Source of the DNA: Azolla caroliniana
Taxonomy: Eukaryota; Plantae; Polypodiophyta
Length of the DNA stretch: 45,957 nucleotides
Direction of reading: 5' to 3'
Assembly (NCBI GenBank): GCA_043228905.1
Contig: JBHGNT010000240.1
Location: 1-45,957, forward strand
Both the position numbers and the translations under genes were made by a program. The notes beneath the pieces were generated by a model. The model ran no database searches. It saw only the letters and a list, made by a program, of their open reading frames with translations, and was not told where the DNA came from. Numbering within the stretch: the stretch's first letter is position 1; each line of letters starts with the position of its first letter. Shown here one piece after another: positions 35,694-45,957 of the stretch.

Positions 35694-38600
35694 CTACAAA
35701 GTACAGTAAACTTATTTTATTTGATGATGTACAAAAACACTTCATAAACCATGTCAGGGTTCAATACAAGTGACAAACATCAAGAATATATCCAGGGATA
35801 CTGATAAAAATATAATCCTGTTTCTAAAATGTTGACAATGATGTTTGATCTTTCTCAAAATTATATCAATATGCTTTGTCAAAGAGTGAGTATCCTAGTC
35901 TCATAAAAAAGAACAAAGATTTCTCTCTTCGTTCTCCCTCTCTCAAGATGGTGTAGTTGGTTATCACACTGGCCCCACAAAACCCTGTTTAGAGCGCTGT
36001 GTGAAAAATGCATAGAAACCCAAATAAAATGCACACTTCTGTAATTTTCATACAAGTGCACAAGGATCAGCTATGAAAGTCTGATGAATTCTAACCACGC
36101 CAAAGAGTATCCCTAGTCTCATGAAAAAGAGTAAACATTTCTCTCTTGTTTGGTCCTGTAGGCCATTTTGGCATATCTTAAAAGACGTTAATAAATCTTT
36201 CTTCTTTCTTTCTTTCTCTTTGCTCTCCAGATGGTGTAGTTGGTTATCACACAGGTCTGTTTAGAGCTGTAAGTCAAACATGCATAGAAGCAGATCCCAA
36301 ATAAAAAGCACTGGCCCCACAAAACTCTGCTTAGAGCTGTATGTCAAACATGCATAGAAACAGATCACAAATAAAAAGCATGCTTGTGTGATTTTCAGAC
36401 AAGTGCAAAAGGATCAGCTATGACAAGTATGATGAATTCTAACCACACCTTGTAGCTCTCAATGGAACAGGAATCAGTCATTCAAACAATTAGACATGCA
36501 ATATAGCCAGCAAGGGAGCTAGTGTCATCAATTATGTCTGGTCAAATATGATGCTGTGAATATGTTACAAAATTTGGATGAACTCATGATATATGGAAGT
36601 CACTATTATGCATTCCTCAGATATGTCTAGTAGGATGAAGTGGAAAAATATAATTACTTACACTTAACACATTATAGGAATCCCTCATGCACCACCACAT
36701 TGCCTATCCCAAAAAGGTATGGTGAGTAATCAATGACTAGCAGATGAAAGTAAAGGGACACTGCTCAGCTGAGATCTTGATCTATGCAGAACAATTTTAT
36801 GTGAAGGACGAAAGATCCATGGCCAACGTGTTTCCCTTAATGCTCAAGGAAGCTTTTGAATATGAGTTAATGAAAAGAATGAAAAAACTTCAGAATGGCA
36901 AGGCTCCAGTACACTTCGCCGTTGCTCAGAAATGCTAAATAGAGTGGTCCAATGGATAAAGAATGGACAGTTGGATTATTAAATCAGCCAACATCACCAG
37001 GCCTTCCTCAAGATTGATAAGTTGACACGGTACAAAGAATAGGAATAGAAATTAGCTCACCAACTATAGCATGATTTTGGTGGGATCCTCTATTGCTAAA
37101 GTTTTAGGCAGTACTAATGAACATCAAGACAATGAATAGGCTAAAAGACACAGCAAGAGATCTTTGAGACAAGAAGTTTTCCAGCCAAGACACCGCACTA
37201 TTTGGTCTGCAGGTATAATGAAGGAGAGTTGGCTTAGAGAACAACAATTGAACTGTTATTTTGTCGATTTCAAGAGGCTTTCAACATAATCCCAATGGCA
37301 AAGTTAAGAGAGTTTCGAAAGAACGGTTATACCAGAATGCATGAAAGCAGGAGAGCAACAGTGGTGCAATTATACCAGCAAGCAAGATGCAGGTTGAAAA
37401 CAAACAAAGGACTTCTGCACAGTTCATGAGCATCAAGGAAGTGAAACAAGGATGCCCACAATCACCTACTCTATTCAGTCTAATATCTATGTATTGACCA
37501 ACTAGAAGAGTTAATCAAGGAAGCTTTAGGAGAACTTGAAGAAAACCAAGCCATTGGACATTTCGTATTATTGCTTGTAATTTATGCAGGCAATGTATTT
37601 TCGGCATATTCTCAGCTGAGATAGCAAAAGCCTTATGGAACATAGTTGCCTAGCAGTCACATGGCTAGGAACAAATTCAAGGTGGTAAGCACCGTCAAAT
37701 CTGAAAGTCAGTATCCAGTACTGCACTGTACTACGAAGAGGAAGCAAATGGAGTGGTTCACAGTTCCAAATACATTGGAGTTGACATACCTAGCCAACAC
37801 AATTGAAACAGGTGTCTAAATAGGAGGATGGAAGCCGGCATAACCCAATACTCTGAACATGAGACATATGCCACTTGAACACAACACAAACATGAGAAAT
37901 TAGGGCAGAAGCATTTGATGTACACGAGATGCAAACTATGGTTTATGGAGCTGAGAATTGGCCCAGCAGTATTTCAGCAAGCCCATGGAATAATAAAGAG
38001 AAAATACAAATGAAATTTCTACACCTTAATTTGCAGTTAAGAACACAACCCCATATTTTGTAATGTTTCAAGAAACTGACGGAAGGCTAATAGATTTGTA
38101 TGTTCTTCAATTAAATGACACGCATATTTTGAAGCAAGAACAATGCCTCAAAATAAGCTCCCCAAACCCACAAGGAAAGTGAATGCACTTACCACAGAAA
38201 AACCACAGAATATAATTTCTTCACTAGCTGGGTCCAACATATGGAAATGATTTGCAAGATGAGATATTGAAGAATATCTAGATGTGCACATAGAAGAAAA
38301 GAAAGGGACAGAAAGAGACAGGAGAACATGAGTTCATAATTTACTCAGCCACATTAAGGTCCTCCACATGAAATGGAAAACATTCACACAGAGATCTATA
38401 TTTGGGTAATATCGCAGCTGCATAATAATCAATATTGAAAACGATACCAATGGTGACAAACCAATGCCTAAGTTCACATGGATACCATGTCTAAGAGCGT
38501 GAGACAGGTAATGATGCACACATGCTCACGCACATCCAAAATGGGGAATGAAGGTGGCTGAATATTGAGCAGAGAAAGAGAATATCTTATCTCAGTTGCC

Positions 38601-41600
38601 ACGATGTCCCAGAAACATAAGAACATGTCGCTTTGGTATCCCCTCACTATGAGCCAAACTCATGGAAGACTAAAACAGTTAAATCTAGGAAACAAGCTTA
38701 GTTTTTCATTTTAACTTTTACTTTTACTTTTTCATTTGTTCTACTATTTTTATACCCCATCCCGGCTGGGGAGCACATCCCTCTAGATGGAAATGTTTAT
38801 CCTCAGCCCTTTTCTCTACAATTTTTGATAGCACGGCCTTTCTAGGTTTCCCTTAGTGTGTTTTGGTTATCTCACATCTTTTGGAGTTACTTGTTCCTAT
38901 TTTTTTACTTCTTAGCAGAGAGAGAAGGGCTGTTAACAGTGTATTTGTTTTTCCATCTGCGTTGGTTTGTCACCTTGTGCTTTACCTGATTGTATCTTAT
39001 TGTATATATTATAATCGACTGCCTTTAATGATAAAAGGAAAGAAAACAGAAACGTTCAAAGAATGCCTTTATGGCAAAGGAAACCAAAAGTTGATACACC
39101 AAAGCATTACAATCAGCTGAGATCGAAAGAAATGCAAACGATCTCTAATCCCTTTTGCATGAGATTAGAAAACTGGTTTTTGAAAAATTACTTACAATTT
39201 TGAGAAAGATTAAGCAATGTTTTTGATATCAGAGAATCAGAAATATATTTTTATAAATTTCCCATAAATCTATACAACCAACCTGTGACTTGGTTGGAAA
39301 ACTTGTCCAGCAATTCTTTGCCTTTCTGTTGTGACAGGCTGCCCAACAAGACTGAGTGGACCAAACATGGGCAGAAGGTTATGTTCATGTTTTTGAGTTA
39401 CACTTGCCCTTCCTTCAATTACATCTTGAGCAAATGTTGGACATGTTATTGGCTGGGGAGGTCTCGTGATTTTTGCTCTCATAGCTGTATTTTTATGCCA
39501 TGACTCAGCTTTAGAAGTCCTTGCATCAAGCATTTCCCTAGTCAATAATCCTTCACCATTCTGCTACAGAAAATAATCCCTCAATACACCCATAGAAGGA
39601 GAACTAAGACCATTAACATATATATATATATATATATATATTAGTACTGCAACTCATACCTCACTGTCTTTGACCTTCAGCAACTCTTCTTCCAATTTCA
39701 GCATGTCTACAAGATCCAGTGCCTGCATAAAGCATAAACTTCATATCTGAGGTCATAAAACCCCTTGATACCAATTAGAAGTGAATGAAATAACTCACCT
39801 TACATAAAGACAGAGATATCTGCGACAACCATGCCTGAAACCATAGATCCAATTGTTTAAATCTGAGTATGTGGTCAAAGTAATCTTTATGATCAATTAT
39901 TCAGAGATACGGCATTAGAATTCCGTGCCCTTAAGAAGTGTCTAGTATCAGATTTTCAATGTCGAAGTGTAGGTTTCCCATCAAAATTATAATCCCAAAT
40001 CAAATATTGTAAGAGCCTTGGGCTATGCATTGTTATTTGAATAAGTGTAGGAGTGAGTCAGCAATATTCCTAGCAGTGAAGAATAAATGCACATGACACA
40101 TGGAAAACTTGAGATTGTTATGTATGCAATGGAATAGAGAGATCTGAGACCCTAGGATACAGCTCAAGATGTTGAAATTGCTCGCTCATAGTCCTTTGCT
40201 CAGAACATAGCCCCATTGCACCAGGGAAATTCGAGGTTGGGATATACAGGACAGGATAGAGACGTCTCAGTCCCTGGTAAATATATCAAGCATTTGCATC
40301 TCTCAGAGTGGCACCAATCCTCTTGTGATATCCCCCTTACAGAGACTCTTTTTGAATTTGGGGTGTCTTTAATAGTTTTTCTTTACGCTGCTACCTTCTC
40401 TTCAAATGTTGCAATGTTCAATTATTTTACAGTAACCACTTAGGGAACATCAATTAATAAACTGTCTTAAGACTGTTCCTATTATGACATTGCTGACTTG
40501 GGAACCTATGAAGCAATTTTGGCAAAAGCTTGCACTATATTATAACACTAGATGGAGGATTTCTAGTAAACTGAAACAACCTTCGATTTTATATATAATG
40601 GGAGGCTTTAATTACCTGGATGGGAACCATCTCTACATTGTTATATAAAGAATGTTGATGCTACAATACCCATGTCTTTCTCATTCCTGTGAAAGAGATA
40701 TTTGGCCTTTCTCATACAACCTAAATGCTGAATTGGTGCTGGCTACAGGAGGTAAATCTGTGGTTGCAAACCATTTTAAATCATTCATTAGAAAAGGAGA
40801 GAACATTGTTCAATTGACAAAAAATCACATTGTTTTATGAAACACACAAAGAATGTGTTAGTTCTCCTTGTTCCAAACCCCTTATCACGCACGGTAAAAT
40901 GATACTGCAATAGTTCCAAGTTCTTGGAGCTGCATTCCTCACTCACATAATGATGCCTTGATATTGATCTTAAGTGTTCTACATCGTCAAAGATCTGCAA
41001 CAGTATGCATACAACTGTCCCATCCATTTCATTTGACATGTTCTCGACTGCATGTCTTGCAGAAAATATGTATTGTATTAACGGGTTACTGCTCAAAATG
41101 ATGGCATTGTCATTACTACCACATGTACCCCCTTAATAAATATTGCTACTCACACGTGTCATTCCTTGCATCTCCCAAGATTTTCATCATTTCACGCTCT
41201 AAAAACCCACACTGTTAACTAAGAGTTGATTGCGTACTAAAATCATCTCCTCAAATATATGTAAGAAAGCTGGTGGTCTTCTTGTGTTTTCTCTCCTCTC
41301 AGCCTCTTCTTGATTGCTTTTATATTCAATGTTCAAACTTAATCATAATGATTTAAAAATATTTTTAACCTCTAAAACTCTTTATGACTAGTGATACGAA
41401 GACAAAAAAATTCATATCAAGAAAAAGTACACACCTCTCTTTCATCCTCCTCAAATTCATCACTTATGTCATCATCTTCATAATCAACTATTGAACCTTT
41501 TGCAGCTGCTCCTCTTGAACGCTCTCGTCTCTCTCTCCTTTCTCTAATGTCTTGCAGCTTTTTCTCAGCTGTTTTTGCACGCTTGAACCGTGCAATCTGA

Positions 41601-43040
41601 CATATAAAGAAAACCATTTGACATAAAGAACAGTAGAAAAAACCGCTTGAAACATACTGAATCACACCAAAACCATAAAATAAAGTCTCACTTTTGTTGC
41701 TCGCCTCACTTCTGCTGTGATAGGAGTTGCTTCATTGAACCCTTGCATTTCTACATCTGGTAAAAGCTCTAACCTTTCACATGAAGATATGAAGGTCTGG
41801 CCATACAAAACACTGTTAATATGACTTACAAATAAAAGGGACTAACTTTAAAACAACAAACTATTCTAGTAAAATAATCATCTTTACATGTAATTTTGCT
41901 GATCTCATTCATATAACTCATAGTACAAGAAGAAGAAAATTAAATATCAATTCTTTTAGAAAACGAATCACCTTTAAATATGATTTTGCTGACCTCAATG
42001 CTTGAAAACGATCTGAGGTTTGAACCTTTTCACTGAGCTCAGCCATAAAATATGGAACCTGTCCAGAACTAAATAATCAGTCTAAGTCTACAGAAGAATC
42101 ATCAGAAGTATTTCATTTGGTTAATTTCATATTTCACATTCATAGTTAACAAGTTTCCAATTTCCTGTTTCTTCTCTGGAAAGACCAAAAAGCACAAAGG
42201 ATTATAATTTCACATATGAATTTAGGCATACAAATCCATGAGATCTAAAATTTAGATTGATATTGGATGTCTAGCATCTAACCTTGTTTTCATAGTGCAA
42301 GCACATACATACACACAAGACTGTAAGGGGAAAATATGTTCTCAATGACTAAAAAGCCAATAGGAATGATCTCCATTAACAACACATAAAATAAATTTTC
42401 TTTTGAATGTCCATATATGTGGCATTTTCTTAATTCATGCATGAAAAAGAATGGGAAAATTGAGCTAAAAAAACACTCACCAGTAAATATTTCAGGTTAC
42501 CAGTACTCACGTCATCCTTTTGCTCATTGGGAGAGAAAAGTCCAAGTTTATCTATCAAAGCTTCACATTGTGCAAGAATTTCACAGCCTTTCTTTGCTTC
42601 ATCCTTCAATAATAAGACAATACAATTTGTAAGGCAGCATACACACACAAATAGTTATATACACATACAAACACAAAGGTGTAAGCACAGGGCTCAAAGA
42701 TTGTGAAATTCGGAAAAAATCTGTTTTCTCTTTAACATACACACACAAAGGTGTAAGCACAGGGCTCAAAGATTGTGAAATGCACTCAAGTCATGCATAT
42801 ACATGCATGCACTCACATTAACATATTTACACCTGGTTACACACACACACACATGCATGCATGCATGCATGCATATTCTTTCCTGAGAGAAAAGCAGGGT
42901 GCGGTTGTTCAACTCACAGAGGTAATTTGCGAGTCTTCAGCACGCGAATACAGTCGTGAAGCCTTATCGAAGAGCAACTTCAAGGGAGTGAACTGAAGCT
43001 CCTCTTGGTCTTGATCTGAACCATTCTTCTGGCTATCCAT
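35459..43040 (-). CDS. TAP46: PP2A regulatory subunit TAP46 (Tap42/alpha4 family), 9 coding exons, 404 aa
   Basis: Exons 43040-42918, 42603-42481, 42058-41972, 41796-41692, 41596-41435, 39834-39799, 39722-39660, 39563-39283 and 35693-35459. All introns are GT-AG and the 1215-nt frame is open. Motifs LGLFSPNEQKDDVSTGNLKYLLVPYF, KIARFKR, VFQPSHRLPTMSIEE and WDDWKDENPRGSGN..PCG. Confidence 0.96.
35886..36447. repeat. Diverged tandem duplication (about 220-bp unit with an internal sub-duplication) in TAP46 intron 8
   Basis: Recurring blocks CCTAGTCTCAT, AGATGGTGTAGTTGGTTATCACAC, ATGCATAGAA, AAGGATCAGCTATGA and TGATGAATTCTAACCAC. Confidence 0.8.
36500..38650 (+). mobile_element. Decayed LINE (non-LTR RT) in TAP46 intron 8, antisense to the gene; boundaries approximate
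   Basis: Remnant motifs KLQNGKAP (~36885), CYFVDFK (~37255), VKQGCPQSPTLF (~37441), IYAGNV (degenerate YADD, ~37580) and KYIGV (~37770). Confidence 0.75.
39283..39563 (-). CDS. TAP46: TAP46 coding exon 8
   Basis: QPITCPTFAQDVIEGRA...GQVFQPSHR; TAGCAG acceptor; phase-2 donor. Confidence 0.93.
39660..39722 (-). CDS. TAP46: TAP46 coding exon 7
   Basis: ALDLVDMLKLEEELLKVKDSE; AG/GT flanks. Confidence 0.9.
39799..39834 (-). CDS. TAP46: TAP46 coding exon 6 (36-nt microexon)
   Basis: AWLSQISLSLCK; flanked by TTTCAG and GTGAGT. Confidence 0.9.
41435..41596 (-). CDS. TAP46: TAP46 coding exon 5
   Basis: IARFKRAKTAEKKLQDIRERRERR...EEDERE; AG/GT flanks. Confidence 0.93.
41692..41796 (-). CDS. TAP46: TAP46 coding exon 4
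   Basis: TFISSCERLELLP...RRATK; AG/GT flanks. Confidence 0.9.
41972..42058 (-). CDS. TAP46: TAP46 coding exon 3
   Basis: VPYFMAELSEKVQTSDRFQALRSAKSYLK; AG/GT flanks. Confidence 0.92.
42481..42603 (-). CDS. TAP46: TAP46 coding exon 2
   Basis: DEAKKGCE...LGLFSPNEQKDDVSTGNLKYLL; AG/GTGAGT flanks. Confidence 0.94.
42918..43040 (-). CDS. TAP46: TAP46 coding exon 1
   Basis: ATG in GCCATGG context; MDSQKNGS...PLKLLFDKASRLY...; GTGAGT donor. Confidence 0.88.
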
Positions 43041-43055
43041 GGCGAAAGGGTCAAT

Positions 43056-43153
43056 CTGTTCCGGATGCCAAAACAAAATCTTGCGAATCTCTCTTTCTCT
43101 CAGAGGCAAAGAACCGTATTCAAACAGGCATAAGCTTACAGACACACACATAC
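43056..43153 (-). other. Probable 5' UTR intron of TAP46
   Basis: CAG|GTATGT donor at 43153 and AACAG acceptor at 43056, 15 nt before the ATG. Confidence 0.5.
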
Positions 43154-43251
43154 CTGATGAAGAATCAATGGCGATCTGCGCGCATACTCCAAATGCGTTC
43201 GTACTGTACAACCCACAGATAATATACGTATGTAGCCCCCTCTCTCTCCTG

Positions 43252-43334
43252 GTATGTATGTATGTATGTATGTATGTATGTATGTATGTATAATGTATGT
43301 ATGTATGTATGTATGTATGTATGTATGTATGTAT
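43252..43334. repeat. (GTAT)n microsatellite
   Basis: About 20 tetranucleotide units with one interruption. Confidence 0.95.
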
Positions 43335-43977
43335 TAATATTATGATGATGATGACGATGATATGAGGAGGTGTACATATGTATCTACGTACAGAATTCTC
43401 AAAAAATGCCCTCTATCCTCGTATTTCTTATTAATATCAAAAGTGCCCCCCATTTCTTCCTCGTAGAGCTATTATTAGTTCTTAGATCTAAGGGTCACAC
43501 TAGACCCTCAACATACATAAGGAGATTGCTTTATGGAAACCCCCCCTAGCTCCTCGTCGATTGCAATCCGTTCATCGCTACACGCCATCCATAGTTATCT
43601 ACACATTGATCTTCTTGTAACTTTCGTTGTTGCAACAATCGTTCTCTTAACAACGTTCAAGTGGTAATCAGATATTTGTTGATGGTTAATCGTCAACACA
43701 ATAGGTTGGTCCATGTGATGGTTGTGATAAGCAAAGTACTTCTAATACTACCCCACATTTGGCAAAGATGCATTTGGAAATCCCTATCACTAGTATAATT
43801 ATTATCAACTAACATTCATCGTAGGCAATCTCCTATTTTTGAGCATTTTGTTTGGAAATTAAATATGTAAAGGCTTTAATGTAGGAGAAAGGAATAATAT
43901 CTGCCACAGAAATGTAATCATAGACATTCAATCACATGACCTCAATATGTGTTTATCATCTTGCAGTATGTAAAATT

Positions 43978-44480
43978 TCAAAAAATATACCATGTACCTT
44001 CCTCGGTGGGCTTCCAAGGTGGAAATAACCATTTTGGCATGCCATCTACATAATCCACCAAGGGCAAATCTGACCATGATTTTTGAAAGGAAAGTCTTGG
44101 AGCTTCCACCATGTCTGAAGATCCTTCCAACTCTTCATATTGAGCTTGTATATTCGTAATCAAATCATACAATAGAGCAGTGATTGTCTCCTTTGGTCGA
44201 CTTTCTTCTCCCATGAGACCTACTTTGCATCTAGATTTCCAAATGTTCCATAGCATGATAGAGGTTATGGTGCGCCAAATGTCACTCAGCCTATTCGAAC
44301 ACCAAATTTGTAAATCCCTGGTTGGTTGTACAATGCATTTATTTCTTTGCACACAAAATGCCTTCAACCTACCCAGGTCTCCTGGTATCCAAGCTTTCTT
44401 CTCCAAACTCCACCATAGTGCAAATCCCAACAATATGGAGCATTCTAGCCTACTCACAGGATTGAAAAGTTTTGAAACCT
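43978..44480 (-). mobile_element. 5'-truncated L1-like LINE, 3' end of ORF2
   Basis: Trp-rich C-terminal motif DIWRTITSIMLWNIWKSRC, typical of plant L1 ORF2 tails. No RT upstream. Confidence 0.65.
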
Positions 44481-45109
44481 CTATCTTAACCATAAATTTG
44501 AACACGATTATTTCTAATGATAAAATAGAGTGAGAGTTATGGCTCTATTTAACACTATAGAAAGAGTATAATTTAGGTGGGTATGAATAATTGTGTTTAC
44601 CACAATGCCAATATTTTATAAATCCCTTACATTTGTTGGAGCTTGGTTCCATATCATTGTTGGACTTAGTGGTGCTCAATAGAGCCATCAAGTGCAATGG
44701 AGCTATGAGGTTTTTGCGCAATGCCAAAACTAAACAAGGAAACTAAGCAGTGACTAGCACAGATAAGAGAGAGTCAAGGAAATAAAGCAACAAAATCTAG
44801 TGGTAAAACTACTACACATTTATACTTTTATTATGCACTTGAACCAAGACAACCACCAAACGGGCCTTCTTAAACCTAGCTTTTATAAGGAGAGAAAAAA
44901 GGTTCACACTAGGTCAACTAACTAGCTTTTCCACCCACTCTCAATGTGTACTATCTCCTAGCAAAGGCAAGTTGGCACAAAGAAATCTTACTAACTATGT
45001 GGATCCATCAATGAACTAGTTCCACTCCCTAAGTGAGTCTCAAGACAAGAAAGGCAAAGTGGTTCCTTGCACACTTTGTTGGTTGCATAGTATTCTACTT
45101 TCGTCAAGA

Positions 45110-45260
45110 CAATTGTGCAAACCTCAAGCCTTAATCTCCATATTGCTCTCCATGTCACACTTCATTTGTTGCAATTTTCAATTATCGCAAACCTCAAGCC
45201 TTAATCTCCATAACGCTCTCCACATCACACTTCATTTGTTGCAATTTTCAATTGTCACAA
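45110..45260. repeat. About 70-bp tandem duplication
   Basis: GCAAACCTCAAGCCTTAATCTCCATA...CACTTCATTTGTTGCAATTTTCAATT occurs twice. Confidence 0.9.
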
Positions 45261-45957
45261 AATGTGAATATCAAGATGCAAACTTGTAACCTCTATACAA
45301 GATTCTTATACTCTATCCATCACACTACCTTATTTCAATTAAAAAATATTTCTTTCTTTCTTATTTAGAGCTATGTGGCTCTATATGTCTAATACATGTA
45401 GATACTGGATGTATTCACATTGTCTCATTTTGACAAACTAGGACATATTTATAATATGATCAAAGGGCAGTTGCCCTAACTCAAGCAGTATAAAACTTAG
45501 TTTGTAAGTGTGGCCATTCCTTGTATTGTAACGTTTGAATAATACAATTACAATTCGTGCCTCTCTATCTCTCTCACTCTGAGTTGATCTTGTTGTCTTG
45601 CAACTCTCTACTTAACATTTTGTTCATCCTGCTAATCAATCTTCAACTTGGTGTTCTTCAACATCTACATGTAACATGTTCGTGTTCAGAAGTGGAAGGA
45701 TCGTGCTCAATTGGAATGATAAGGAATATTCCATTTGATTTCAGGGTTTTTTTAACCATCTTACAAAACATGTGATACTTGTATCACATGTGCTCAAAGA
45801 CTCAACGGAAAAGCTTAAAATCTCACCATGTCAAATGTCACAAATTTATGTTATATTTTTTACCATAAAATTAACAAGTCGTGTTTTTTATAACAAACAA
45901 TATTCAGAAGGAGCAATTGATTTAAAAACAAATAACCTTTATATCATTCGAGTTCTT

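Noticed and set aside
40788-41096. 102-aa ORF, or an intronic snoRNA in TAP46 intron 5
   Set aside because: TTG start, no motif, not needed for the TAP46 frame, and no convincing C/D or H/ACA box pair.
44740-45957. LTR or DNA-transposon remnants at the right end
   Set aside because: The composition is suggestive, but no terminal repeats, TSD or protein motif could be established.

Overview
Eukaryotic land-plant DNA. A non-seed plant such as a fern is likely, but this is inferred only from the retrotransposon lineages and repeat style. About 1-33.7 kb is a stack of nested LTR retrotransposons. An old Ty1/copia (minus strand, 5' LTR 25962-26416) carries four disruptions: a chromodomain Ty3/gypsy (7603-12207), which itself holds a young tRNA-Trp-primed Ty3/gypsy (<1-7602); a near-complete Athila/Tat-like gypsy with a long extra ORF (12647-22503); a solo LTR; and a ~717-bp tandem duplication. 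Further right are a 191-bp solo LTR and an internally deleted gypsy (27214-33203, TSD ATATG) that splits an ancient gag relic. The right part holds one intact host gene, TAP46 (PP2A-associated Tap42/alpha4 family; 9 coding exons, minus strand, 404 aa), with a decayed LINE in its last intron and an L1 fragment upstream. The most notable observation is that two unrelated gypsy families each carry an antisense tRNA-like A-box/B-box cassette in their LTRs, and in element 1 this cassette resembles the element's own primer tRNA-Trp. Both families also have structured -1 frameshift signals. All alignments and counts were done by eye; no searches were run.
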